DNA from: Octopus vulgaris
Lineage: Eukaryota
Length of the DNA: 64,000 nt
Reading direction: 5' to 3'
NCBI GenBank assembly: GCA_951406725.2
Contig: OX597827.1
Span: 75,330,001-75,394,000 of the forward strand
Made by a program: the position numbers and the translations under genes. The first letter of the stretch is position 1; each line of letters begins with the position of its first letter. The notes under the pieces were generated by a model, which saw only the letters and a program-made list of their open reading frames with translations, ran no database searches and was not told the DNA's origin. Positions 1 to 13,552 of the stretch are shown in pieces.

Positions 1-150
1 ATGGCCCTTTGAAATACAGATACAACTCATTTTTGCCAGCAGAGTGGACTGGAGCAACGTGAAATAAAGTGTCTTGCTCAAGGACACAACGTGTTGCCAG
101 GAAGTGAACTCGTGAGCCGAATGCCCCTAACCACTAAGCCGCGCGCCTTC
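1..150 (-). mobile_element. SINE family D, 5' part (cut by the window edge)
   Basis: Matches 30160-30320. Confidence 0.85.
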
Positions 151-1600
151 TGCCAGTGAAATATAACAAATTTGTATTTGCGTATAACGATGCGTTAAGC
201 TGCGTTCTTTTGCATCAGAAGGTAACTCAATCGTTCGATGGCAATTAATAACGTAAGGGAGCAGAGTGAAGTAAGTGCTGGGGTTGTTATCACCAACTAA
301 AATCCTAAGGCGATGATGTCCCAGCATGAAGGCAGTTGAATGACTGAAAAGAAGGTACGAGGTACATCTCCTGGATAAGCTTGGATGCAACATCAGTGAT
401 GAGACTTGAGGTTATCGGGTATTTTGGGTCTGTCAACACCAGACACCCTCGTCCGGGCCACACAGCCAAGGTTGATGCCCCCACCCACCCCACTTCCTTG
501 GGTATTTTGGGTCGTTCAACATTAGACACCCTCATCCAAATGACACTGTTAGGGTTGATGAGCCCTTCCTTCCAAATGTTTTGGGTCTTTCAGCACTAGA
601 CATCCCCGACCAGACGACATGGCTGAAGTTGGTGCGGCCCTGACTTGGGTTTTAGTAGCGACCCTCTAGAAATCAGCCCTCAATCGAAAACCACCTTGCA
701 GCTTCACTCGTGGATTGAATCATACCCTTCGTTACCACCCTGGTATGTCCAATCGGCTTTAGGTTAAAACGTCTGCAAAACCACCTCTATGGGCTGACTG
801 TGTGTCTTCCAGCTTTTGTCTTGGCTCTTTTTCACTAGTTCCTGATACTTTGCACTTCCTCTTATTAATTTTTTTTCGATAAATTCTTCACAGGGTACAC
901 TGAGTCCCAGCATGTTATTTTGTGTGTGTGTGTGTGTGAGTGAGAGAGAGAGAGAGAAACATACTGAGGGCTACACTAGGAAGATACAATATCATTCGCC
1001 TATCTTAGATGTGTTACAGTTGAACGAAGGCGACCATGAGCAGCTCCAACTTATTTTGCTGACATGAAATACTCTGTATTGTGAAAAAGAACGATATGAC
1101 AGTAACAGTTCCGTCTACGGTTGACATCCTAATATTTTCCTTCTCTTTCCTGTACTATCTCTATCCACAATGAAATTTCCATTTATATGAACTGAGAAAA
1201 AATGTCCTTTTTAAATGAGAAAAGTTTGTTGGAAGTTAAGGCGGGAACTGGGCGATTTGACTTATCGGCTGGAGAGTGTAGGTGTGTAAATTAGGCATGA
1301 CTCTATGCTTATCACGTAGTTGTCCATGTGTCTGCTCTAAGAAATCTGTGTGTGTGAGTGTGAGTGTGTCAGATTTTGTCGACGTTTGTAATTTGTCATT
1401 TTAGGTGTGGATGTGTAAGTGCGTTTCTATATAGCATTGTGTGTATTTGTTTGGAAGGATGCTTCTATAAGCTGTTTGTCAATGTCTTTCATTGTGTGTG
1501 TGACTGATCCACCGACTATTGACATAACCTGTTTCTTCAGCTTGGTGAAGCAATACAGATAATAGAACCCCTTTCCCTGACGAATACTTTACACACACAC

Positions 1601-1637
<37 letters not shown>

Positions 1638-2520
1638 CCTGGGAGTGCACTATGCGTGTGTGACATGTCATGAGTGTATAATCATGTAGATAAAAGCGCG
1701 TGCGTATATCTAAGTTTAGATGTATGTCAGTAAATGCGTCTGTATGATACGTATGTGTGTGTATGTATGTATGTGCATGTGTGTTATAAGCGCAAAGTCA
1801 TTGTCTAGTGTAATCCTTTATCTAACTACACAAAATAACAGCTCGGTTGCTATAGACAATTTAGTCAAAATTGAATTCGGCAAAGCGTTTTTTCTTGACA
1901 TAATTAATGCTCATAAACTATCACTTATCCTCTCTCTTTTACTGCAAGGTTAGAAGTAAAATTTAGATTATGAAGAAAAATCAGTAAAAACGATATACAA
2001 GAAAATTATCATTTGGTGAAGGGTGTGAATCGCCAGAGCGTCGAAAACTTATTTGGCGCTATTGAGCAGCCCCTTACGTTCCGAGTTCAATTTCTGCCTT
2101 GGTCATCTTCGCTTTTTATTCTTTTAAGGTCGATTAAACAAAGTACCAGCTAAGTATTGGAGTTAACGGTGACGATTAACCCACTCTCTTTCAAAAATTG
2201 CCGACCTTTCGCTTTAATGAAGAAAAAAAAAAACATCTATTATTATTACATCTGTCAGTTTTAATGACATGGATATAACAGGGGGGAGGGGCGTATGAGG
2301 GAGGAGGCGGGGTAGAGAGATGAGTAAACAAGTGTCATAAAACAACATTGAAATTAGTCAAATATTTTTATAATTACAATACCATAATCTGTACAAAAAG
2401 GAAATGATCCAATTCTTTTGGATTTTCATTGCAGTTCGTATGGAACTCAGAGTGGGTATGTTTTCACTAGATTCGGTGGGTGTCTGTGTGTCTCTGTATA
2501 AAATAAGTGTGGGGAGGAGG

Positions 2521-2680
2521 GGGGCAGGCATGGTTGTGGTAAGAAGTTTACTTCCCAACCACATGGTCCCAGGATCAGTCCCAATCTGTAGCACATTGGG
2601 CAAGTGTTCTGCTATAACATCGGGCCGACCAAAGCCTTGTGAGTGGATTTGGTAGACGGAAACTGAAGGAAGCCTGTCGT

Positions 2681-2730
<50 letters not shown>

Positions 2731-2966
2731 GGACGGACGGACGGACGTTTGTTTGTTTGTTTGTTTGACCCCACCACTACTTGACAGTCGGTGTTGGTTT
2801 GCTTACGTCCCCGTAACATTAGCAGTTTGGCAAAAGTTACCGATAGAATAAGTATCAGGCTTAAAAAGAAAGGCACGGGGGGGGGTCGATTAATTCAAAT
2901 AAAAATTCAAGGTGGTGCTCCAGCATGGCCGTTGTCTAATGACCGAAACAAGTAAAAATAAAAGGA
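2521..2966 (+). mobile_element. SINE family A, older copy with expanded (ATAG)n(ACGG)n(GTTT)n
   Basis: Same head, body and tail. Further degenerate copies at about 12113-12275, 12850-13010, 19345-19500, 56370-56690 and 63818-63966. Confidence 0.8.
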
Positions 2967-5900
2967 AGATAAGTCAAACTGTTATTTAAAATCCTAGTAA
3001 CGCCTATCAAATGTGTCAAGTGCCACACTCTTTCGTCTGTCCACTCGTGATTGTGTGTGTGATGTGAGGGGGAGAGTGCTTACATTTCTGACAGCCGTAA
3101 AATGTAGGTTTGTGACCTTCATGCCTTATGTTCTTGATTATGACTCTAATACCGAATGTAGACTTGGTGAGGCTTTATTCTGTGCAAAAAGGTCGGAGGC
3201 CCTTTCTTTAAAAGAATACACCAGGTCGCACAAAAAAAACTGAGAACATACGCCTATCAATTATTTCGAGGCCCTTGTAGATCTGAGACCCTACGTTGTA
3301 GTTTATTTAGGTTGTGTCTAATTCCAGGACTGCTTCACTGCCGAGAACAGGGATAGAGATTAACTTCGATTTTTATTTAGGAAGATTTTCTTACAAACTT
3401 TTGCTTCAATGCTGACATAACCACTAATCAATGAAGGGACATAACTGAGATAGCAATGCTCAAATTCTCCTCAGTTATTTCCCCTGAAACCTAAACTTGA
3501 ACTATTTTTTCGCCAGAAGCGTTTCGTAAATCTTCTATGTTTTCACTTTCATCATAGAATATATTTTAGTCTGTTACACTGATTTGTTTACCTGGATTGT
3601 CAACTGAAACACACCTAGTATATTACCGAAGCTTATTTTATATCCCTTGATGCGGGTGAAAGGCAACGTTGAATCCGTCGTTATTTGAACCCGGAATCAA
3701 GAGGGAAACCACAACATACTGTAAGGCATTTTATTCAGGCTGTGTCTCATTAATCCAGCACCTACTCTGTCTCATGTTTCCCTTTTTAAACAAAAAGATT
3801 ATCAATATTGTTCAAACAGCGTTGTTGTTTCCTTTAATCCTTTATCCCCAGTCCTCCTCGAAGCATCGAGATGTATTCGGTCGATGCCAACCTCCTCCTT
3901 AAACACGTTATTCAGTTGAGCTTTGCTTCGTCGCTTCCCACAGATCAATTACATCGTTTAATCTCTTTTAAACACACATTGAACTATAATCTTAATATTT
4001 TATTGCACCTACCTGAGCTGTCTTTTTAGATTTATATATATTTTTTAAGCAGTTGTAGCACTGCAAATAAATAACACTATATATTTTAGGAGCCAATGAG
4101 GGGAGTGTCGCGCAGATCTAACGACCTGCTAAAAATAAAATCCATATCTTCCTCAATTGCATCTTCCTTCTTTTTAGACAATGTAGGCTTGGGTACATTG
4201 TCTAAACAAAGGAAAACGGCGTTAAACTAGAAAGCTTTTGATCATAGGCCCGCTTGATCAAAGCAACAACTAGGCATTCATTCAGTATTTAAGCTACCTC
4301 AGTCATTCCCTTAGCAATCAACTTCGGTTTTAACATCTTTCCACCCAATGTAAATACACATATTGCCAACTTTCGTAATCTTTTGAGGTTTTATTCATGC
4401 TTTAGCATGGACGCCACACAACTCTCGCCGTCTCTCCCATAACATATCTTCAATGCTTTTGTAAGAGAAGAAACAACAACAGTTTTTGTCATAAATATAT
4501 TTATGATGGTTAGTGGAGACAGGTGACATTTGTTAGGTGCAGTGCAATTCATAATGTATATTCCAGAAATAAAATTTCGAAAAATAAAAGAAGAAAGGAA
4601 CAAACTGTTATTACCACCACGTGGTTTCACTCTAGTTGAACATGGACAATCTTGTTGGCAGTGTTACGCAAGCTAAACCAAAGGTCCCGTCTTCAGTTAA
4701 GAAGACAGTGCAAATAAGTGTTGTTGAGGAGCAGAAACAGCGAGCTGCGGGCCAGGCGTATGTTTTGATTCCAATTAGAAATCATTTACTATTATTTACG
4801 TCACCTCAAACGAAATGCAATATCATTTCGATATTATTATAGCGAGCTGGCAGAACCGTTAGTACACCGTCCGTCTGAACGTTCTGAGTTCAAATTCTGC
4901 TGAGGTCGACATTGCCGTTCATCCTCTTGGGATCGATAAAATAAATACCATGTAATCGGCTTAGACCCTCCCCGGAATTGCAGGCCTTGTGCCAAAATTT
5001 AAAGCCAATATTATTATAGGGAGTTTGTGAGTCTGTATGTGATATAATATATCTTAAGTGGGTGGAGATATATATCAGTAACAGAAGGTGGGAGTGGGGA
5101 GCAGTAAAACTTCAGCCCCGCCCAAGAGAGGAAAGAAAAAAAAAAGTCGGTTAACTAAATTTTTGTTGCTGTTTTCGACTATTTTTGTTCTAGTTAATTT
5201 TTAAACAGTCTGTCTGTCTGTACCAAACCACATAGCAGCAGCACTACCTCTCCTTTGCCTAACTGCTATTGAATGTATATTTATGTGTGTGTGTGTGTGT
5301 GTGTAATGTAACTGTGTCTGACTCTACCATTCGCCCTCACTCACCAACTCCAGATATTCTAATTTAATTCTTTTCTGTATTTTGGCATTTTACTCTGGGC
5401 AGTGAGGCACCTTTGAAGTTTTCCTCCCATTTGCACCATTAATCCTTTGGGAAAGGTTCGAATATCACAACTGTTTATTCTTACACTTCCATGGAGCTAA
5501 TCATTCCCGCTTGATTTGACATAAAACTATTCTTGTAAAAGCAGTAGCAGCAGCATCTTTTTTTTTTTCTTGTTCAGTTCTTTTCTGCTGGTCTGGGTTG
5601 GACATGTCTCAATGCTGCACTGGCCATTGCTGTCTTCCATCATCTGGCACACAGAACATCACAGAAACAGCAGCTAACTTTGCCGTTGCATGTCACATTA
5701 TCTTTGGCCTGTTCTTTACTGCTGGCTGGATGCTCTTCCTACATGATATCTAAATTCAGCACCTCAAACTTAATCAGAGTTAAAATTTCAGATAGTAACT
5801 ATTATTACTTTTCATCTAACTCTAACAAACAGAGATATCCCATAGCAGTCATTCAATCTACTAGAAATAACAACCAAATCTCTCTTACAAAATGTAATAC

Positions 5901-6092
5901 TAAGTAATGGTAGTAACTGATGAATAGATCATAAAAAATAATAGCATCTTCAACATTATTTTAATGCCTATCTGTAGTCCACAATAGAATGGATTTTTAG
6001 TTTGATTTATTGCCAATCTTTTCAACACAGTTCTTATCATAACTGCAAGGCCAAACATTATCTGATAGGACTTAACTACTTCTCATTATATA

Positions 6093-6136
<44 letters not shown>

Positions 6137-7318
6137 AGCACCCACTACACTCTTGTAGTGGTTGGCGTTAGGAAGGGCATCCAGCTGTAGAAACTCTGCC
6201 AAATCAGATTGGAGCCTGGTGTGGCGGCAGTGAGCTAGTAGAATTGTTAGCATGCCTGACAAAATGCTTAGCAACATTTCATCCGCCTTTAGATTCTGTG
6301 TTCAAATCCTGCCACGGTCAATTTTATTTTTTAAAATAAATACCAATTATACATTTATGCCTATAGTAGAAAGGATTGTTGTTAAGGTGGTGGACTAGCA
6401 GAATCATTAGCATGCTGCCAGATAAAATGATTAGCAGCATTTCATCGGTCTTTATATTCTGAGTTCAAATCCTGCTGAGGTTGACTGTACCTTTTATCCT
6501 TTCAGGATCAATGAAAGAAGTACCAGTTACACCTGGAGGCAATGTAATCAACTGTCCATCTCCCACAAAATTTCAGTCCTTGTGCTTATAGAAGAAAGGA
6601 TTATCATTGTTATGATGATGATTTTTTTAGGATTTCAGAAATATACTGAGTTTCCTTTCCTAAAAATGAATTTGGTGCACTTTGGAGTTACATGCATAAC
6701 ATTGTTAATAAAAAAAATTTAATAAATGTTGTGTTGGAATTCTCTGAGAATATTTACAGATCTTAGTAACGCTGTCTTCCGAAAGATGCCTACATCTAAT
6801 GTTATTTGTAAATTGTCAATGTTCTTCAGAGAAAGGATGATGTATCATTCCAATTGTACTAATTATGTATGGGATGATAGGCACATTCCTTAACTACATT
6901 CAGATTTTTAATTTAACAGCCACATCAGTGTAATTCCTTAGCGTCTCACTTCTCCTCACTTCTGCATGACTACATCAGTCATTTGCTATTGCTATGTGGA
7001 TAGTTGGTATAATTTCATCATATATTCATCATGTAAATTGATGTGATATCTGCTGGTGCCTATCTGTATGTTACGTGCTTGTAAACTGGAGAATAACAAC
7101 TGGGCAAATGGTCATACCCTTAGGTACCGGACAAGGATTCTGGACTTGTTTTTTTTACTTAATTTTTGAGAGTGGTTGGGTTCATTTTTAGTATTTTCAT
7201 TTGTGAGAGCAGTCGAGTTTATTTCAGATATTCTCATTTTAAAAATCATCTCCGGTTAATCATTGAGAGGGCATTGGTGTTGCCTTGGCAGGGGTTTGCA
7301 CTCTCTGAGTGCTCTTAC

Positions 7319-7351
<33 letters not shown>

Positions 7352-8166
7352 GAGATAAACGCTTATTATTATTTAAAGGTTTGTAGGTATTTGGCACATC
7401 ATTATGAAAACACAATATACATTATTATTAGATTGGGAAAATCATTAATGTTGGATAAAATACTTTACAGTTTTTCTACCAACTCTCTTGTGTTCAAATC
7501 CTCCCAGTGTCAATTCTGCCTTTCTTCCTTCTGGGGTTGCTAAAATAAACTACCAGCTTTGCACTGGGATTGATTTAATTGGTTAATCCCTCCGTCCAAA
7601 TTTCTTGCCTTGCACCTGTGTTACAAACAATTATTCTTGCAGTGTTTCTTCTGGCTCTTTGCATTGTGAGTTCAAATTCTGCCAAGGTCAACTTTACCTT
7701 TCATCTCCCTGGGGTTGGTGAAATAAGCACCAGTGAAGTACTGAATAGTCTCGACTCACCTACTTCTCCTTAAAACTGTTGGTTTCAAGCATAAATCAGA
7801 AACATTAATATAGATTGACAAAATCATTTAAGTGTCCAGCAAAATGTTTTGCAGTGTTTCTTTGTGAGTTCAAATCCTGCCAAGATTGATTTGGTTTATC
7901 CTTCCTTAAAAGCTTCATAAAATAACATACCAGTGATGAAATTGGGTCAATGTAATAATTGACCTCTCAGTTTCAAAATTGTTTTATGTTGTGCTTAAAC
8001 TAGAAACAGTTATTATTGTTGATGATAATTTCATAGTTATTGTTCTTGTTATCATTATTATTATTGTTTATATTTCCAGTTAAGTGAGACAACCTCCTCC
8101 TCAAATCGGTAGCTGCTCTATCAACAGCCATTGTCCCCTCTTTCGGCTGGTGTTCTCTACCCAACA

Positions 8167-8289
8167 ATGGAACAAAAGAACGTTCTACATGCACCTTTGA
8201 AAGCTCCTCCTACCAGGTCCAGGTTCCGTAAGTTTTACATCTACAGGGACCCTAATGACTTCCAGTTTCTTGATCGCCATGCCATCGAG
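8167..8289 (+). CDS. Coding exon 1 (MEQKNVLHAP...FLDRHAIE), N-terminus of module 1
   Basis: Acceptor tttccag at 8079, ATG at 8167, donor GAG|gtgagt. The end DRHAIE matches DDHAIQ at the end of exon 7. Confidence 0.8.
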
Positions 8290-8536
8290 GTGAGTTGCAT
8301 ATTTCATTATTGTTTGTCTATCTGTGTGTGTATGTTTCCAGGTATGCATGTGTCTGTATCTATGTATGCGTGTCTGTGTGTCTATTTGGGCCTGTGCATA
8401 TATATGTTTCTATTTGTGTGTGTGTGTGTGCGTGTGTCTGTCTCTATGTGTTTAACCTGTTTCAAGTAAATCTGTATTCTTTTCTATAAATCTCTCAATT
8501 ACTATAACTATGTTTATTTTTCCACCCTAACTTCAG

Positions 8537-8625
8537 GTCGCCCAAAAGGACTTCAATACATTTGATGAACTCCTGCATGAATTGATTGTCAGGCCTGGCT
8601 TCAACACTGAGTTAGAGAAAGCAAG
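8537..8625 (+). CDS. Coding exon 2 (VAQKDFNTFDELLHELIVRPGFNTELEKAR)
   Basis: Acceptor ctaacttcag, donor AG|gttggt. 89 nt, phase 0 to 2. Not in the ORF track; translated by hand. ELEKAR motif precedes the TG-like core. Confidence 0.85.
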
Positions 8626-8940
8626 GTTGGTATCCGATGTCTGTGCAGGACTGTGTTATATGTTGACTGTACTGGTTTGCACTACTTAGTAACTATCTGT
8701 TATACAGACTGCCCTACATGATGGATATGCATTGAACATGAACACTATGGTATATGACGGCTGTGCAGTGGACATGAGAAGCAGTGTTTCAGGCTACAAA
8801 GAGATTGTATTGGAGTGCACTACATGTGATGTGTGTACTACACTGTGCTACATGGTTTCTGTCTGCTAGGTTTTAGTACATGTGGTGTGTGCACTGAGCT
8901 GTATACTTTATGATGTCTCTGTATTGGATTATACTCCTGT

Positions 8941-9319
8941 ACTCTTTTACTCTCTTTTACTCTTTTACTTGTTTCAGTCATTTGACTGCGGCCATGCTGG
9001 AGCACCGCCTTTAGTCGAGCAAATCGACCCCGGGACTTATTCTTTGTAAGCCCAGTACTTATTCTATCGGTCTCTTTTGCCGAACTGCTAAGTGACGGGG
9101 ACGTAAACACACCAGCATCGGTTGTCAAGCAATGCTAGGGGGACAAACACAGACACACAAACACACACACATACATATATATATACATATATACGACAGG
9201 CTTCTTTCAGTTTCCGTCTACCAAATCCACTCACAAGGCATTGGTCAGCCCGGGGCTATAGCAGTGACTCTGAACCCAGAACCATGTGGTTGGTTAGCAA
9301 GCTACTTACCACACAGCCA
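8941..9319 (-). mobile_element. SINE family A with internal deletion
   Basis: Matches 44447-44862 closely. Confidence 0.9.
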
Positions 9320-10014
9320 GAAATTAAAACAAAATCTGTGTCTCTGACTAATTACTGAACAAATACACAACAACCTAGACTTTCATACATCATCATTTAA
9401 TACCCGCTTACCATGCTGGCATGGGTTGGACAGTTTGACTGGAGCTGGACAGCTGTCCAGCCAGGCTCCATTTGTCTGTTTTCACATGGTTTTTATGGCT
9501 GGATGCCCTTCCTAATGCCAACCACTTTACAGAGTGTGCTGGGTGCTTTTAACATGGCACCAGTATAGGTGCTTTCACATGGCACCAGCACAGGCTTTTC
9601 ACATTGCACAGGCACAGGTGCTTTTAGGTGGCACCAGCAGGGGCACTTTTTTCATCAACTGAACCCTGTTGCTCTGGAATACCTCCACTTCTGTCTCACC
9701 CCTTCCCGCCAACACTTCCTTATAAATGTGATGATGGTGGTACTATAATGTCTGCTATCCTTAAACATAAAATACCCTCCCACCCTGTTATCTACCAAGT
9801 AGTCACTCTTATTAACAATTACTGACCCCGCCACATTCACCCTTTCTTTCCATCATTGCTGAATTACCATGTGGCCACACTGCCCCCCCCCCTTCCTTCC
9901 CACTACAGTTGCAAGCTTGATATCTGCCATACTCTCTTACATTTTTTTTCTACTCATCACACAATTAATATTAACAATGTTGATAATATTTTTTTTTTAT
10001 TATCCTTTTTCCAG

Positions 10015-10161
10015 AGTGATCTTCCGATGGATGACGGCCAGGAATATGTATACCATCAAGTTTGCTTCTTATGAAAAAGGTAAAGGTCGTCCTGAAGAAA
10101 CTTTGGAAGCATTTAAAAACAAAAAGGGGACATATGCTCGCATTTTCGAGACCATGTGCGG
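10015..10161 (+). CDS. Coding exon 3 (VIFRWMTARN...GTYARIFETMCG), TG-like domain 1
   Basis: Acceptor tttttccag, donor GG|gtaagt. 147 nt, phase 2 to 2. Confidence 0.9.
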
Positions 10162-10202
10162 GTAAGTGATGCCCATTGTTTTCTGATTTGGTTTAACATT
10201 AA

Positions 10203-10412
10203 CCCTTTAGCATTCAGATTAATCTGTCGACTGTAATACTTATTTCTTCACATTGTTCTAAATTGATCATGCATTATCTTGTAGCTTTGTGATTTCAGTG
10301 GTGGGATTGTTTATGATTAGAATGACATTGTAGGGTAGGTGTGAGAAGCCAGTTTGAATGTAAAACAGATGAAATATTTGGGCTGAATATGGCCTCTTTG
10401 AATGCTAAAGGG
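10203..10412. mobile_element. piggyBac-like MITE
   Basis: TIR CCCTTTAGCATTCA / TGAATGCTAAAGGG, flanked by TTAA and TTAG. Homologous inverted copy at 21714-21918. Confidence 0.75.
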
Positions 10413-11749
10413 TTAGGAGATTTTGGGTGAAGTGAAAGAATTAAAATTAATATACAAGGGTAATTTTTTTGTAACCCCTGACTCCTTCATACATTTCTGG
10501 GACCATATCAGTTTGTACGACAGAGCTCACCTGTTGATGTACATCAGCTGCTGAACCAGTGGCAACATCTTTTTAATGAAATAAGTGTCGGTCATATGCT
10601 GGAAGTGGGACGATCTAATCAAGAAACACACACATTCTTCTCTTTCTTCGTCATTTGTGGCCTTGAGCTGATGTCAGAGAATCATCAATAAGCACCATTG
10701 TGAATTTTATATTTAGTACATTGGTGGCACCATTGATGGCTTTGTCTTCCTATATTTTATCTTTCTCCTTCACCCAGTTATACTCACTGAAGGAGCTAAA
10801 CTCTGTGCTGCAATTTAGTAAAACACTCTTTTAACCTGATATGGATGCTAGTATATACAATAGCAACAAGTTGTTCCTACACTACCATACCTATTTACAG
10901 CCTATCACAAAACAGAACTACAACAGGTTAAAAACAACCAACTTCTAGGCTGGTTGGCTCATCACGATCATATTTATTTGGCCAGTGGTGCTACCCTGGC
11001 AGCTCTATCCTGGCTCTGCCACATCAAGTCATACGTTATACACAGCAGGTTGTGAATTTCATTTAGTATATTATTTGGTTTATAACCAGCGAGAAACCAC
11101 ATCACTTCACATTATTTTCATATGTTTATACTGTCACATGTGAAGACATGTGTCCTAAGAGTTAGGATGCTGAGCTCACAATCATGCGGTTGTAGGTTCA
11201 ATTCCTGGATTGTATGGTGTGTCATGTACTTGAGTATGGCATATCATTTCGTGTTGTTCTAGACTACTCTGTTGAAAATGTGCTCTAGCCAACTGAAGGG
11301 GCAGTCCTCTCTCTCTCTCTCTCTCACACACACATTCTCAACGTTCTGCTGAGTCAAAGGTGATGGTCTTCCTTTCTCATGAGTAGACAACCATTGTATA
11401 ATTGTGTGTGTGTGTGTGTGTGTCTATACACAGACATACGTATATATGCAAGCAGGGCTGTGTTGGATAAGAAGTTTGTTTCTCAAGAAAGCCATCATTT
11501 ATACATGCATGTGTACTGTTGATATAGTTCCTTCTTGTAATTACTTTTTAAAGACAATTAGTTCCCTAATCAATAGGTGAACTCAGCTATTCACTGTGTC
11601 CAATATAATTGCTTAAACACGTTGCTAGTGATGCATCAATATAACCAAAATTCAATGACTGAAACCCTTTAAAAAAATGATTATGATGATGATGATATAA
11701 TGTGTTTCGCCTGACAAGCACTGATGTTCTTCCTCTCTCTCAATTTCAG

Positions 11750-11942
11750 GTACTCTGGATTGTACTCTGTCGTGATCACTGGACTGGCCAAAGGTCTAGA
11801 CTACCGTCCAGGAGATGTTTTTAAGGGAACTGAATACAATCACAGTTGGAATGCAGTCTACATTGACAACAACTGGTATCTTGTTGATTCTCACTGGGCC
11901 ACTCGTTATTTAGTCTCTGACAAAGATCAACCAGAAAACTTG
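11750..11942 (+). CDS. Coding exon 4 (YSGLYSVVITGLAKG...NHSWNAVYIDNNWYLVDSHW...), His/Asp region of TG-like domain 1
   Basis: Acceptor caatttcag, donor TTG|gttagt. 193 nt. HxWN and DxxW transglutaminase-like motifs. Confidence 0.92.
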
Positions 11943-13521
11943 GTTAGTCATCAATAAAATTTGTTTATTATTAACATGTAGATTATCTGGGCGAGATACG
12001 GTGTTGTTGGGCTACCAATCCAAAGACATTGAGTTCAAATACATGGCCATTATTTTGTATGTCAACAGTTCAGTACATTTATTTCATATTACAAATTATA
12101 AACAAATATAGGTGCAGGCATAGCCATGTGGTTGAGAACTTTACTCCCAAACCACAGGGTTTCAATTTCACCGTCTGCCTGGTGTTTTAGACCAGTGTTT
12201 TCTACTATAGCCCAAGGCCAACCAATACCTTGCGTGTGTCTGGTGGTTGACAGAAACTGTACAGAAGCCTGTCATCTATAATAATAAATGCCAAAACAAA
12301 TTTCAGTGTGTTACACTTTGACCCCCCCCCCCTCTCTCTCTCTATTCAATGACACTGCTTCTACTCCTCTTGCTGGGGTGAGAGTAACAGTAGGCATAGA
12401 GACGGTGAGGGCAGACGGTAGTAGATTGACATTTGAGATGGTAATGGGGTGATAGTGATAGTATGAGCTGTAGTTGTGATAGAGGCGGAGGTGGCAGTGG
12501 TGGTCGTGGTAGCTGAGGTGGTCAAGCATGACGGTTGATAGTAAGGGATGTGCAAAACAGTGGTAGTGGAGGGGAAGGTAGCAAAGTCAAAGGTGTTGAT
12601 GGTGGTGGCATCATAAGTCTGAATGGTGTGTGTATGGCAGTTGTGGTGGCAATGGTTGAAAACAATCAACAGAAAGAGCCGATAGTGCAGCTTTTAAGCT
12701 AGTATCTAGATATATATGTGTGTGTGTGTTGGTCTCTTTCTTTCCTGTAACTTAATGGTAGAAAAGACTGCATAGTATAAATACCAAGCTTCAAAAAATA
12801 AATACTGGGGTTAACTTGATTGACTAAACCTCACACACACACACCCACACACGTATGATTTCCGTACAGTTTCTTGCCTACCAATTTCCACTCAGGAGAT
12901 ATTAGTCAACCTGGTGCTACAGTAAAATACACTTTCACAAGCTACTGTGCAATAGGTTCGAACCTGAAACGACGTTGTTTCGAAACAAACTTCTTAACCG
13001 CATTGGCTTTGCTTTTGTCAATATGTAACCTGAGAATTACCTCCCTTGCAATAACTGCTAAGCAACCTCTGCATAGTCGCTCAATATGCTACAAATAGCA
13101 GCTGAATCTCCCTAAAATCACACTTTGTCATCTGAAGTTAGAAACAGGCACAAAAATATCGGATGTATTCATACAGCGTCCTAAAGTGACAGGATGGTCG
13201 TGGTTGGAATGCTTTTAATCATGGCTGACCTGGGTCTGTACGTTGAGGTGAGAGTTGAGAATTATGAATTTCACAATCATTTGATTATACATTATGATGA
13301 TGATGATGATGATGTTTAACCCCAAGCTGGCCTGATGAAGCATGTTTAGGGCATTCAAGCCATGACCATCTCATCTCATTTTTTTTACTTTTTCCAGGAT
13401 ATGCCATACTATATTGGTTAATGTCTTGTTCTTAGATAAGACTGGAGGGTGTGTTTTGAGAAAGATTTGACTGCTATTAGGGTTGAGCAACCATTTAGAA
13501 GATTTCCTCTGTGGTCTACAT

Positions 13522-13552
<31 letters not shown>

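Noticed and set aside
7075-7320. Helentron-like 3' end (GGTTTGCACTCTCTGAGTGCTCTT)
   Set aside because: Resemblance only. No second copy or clear 5' end in the window.
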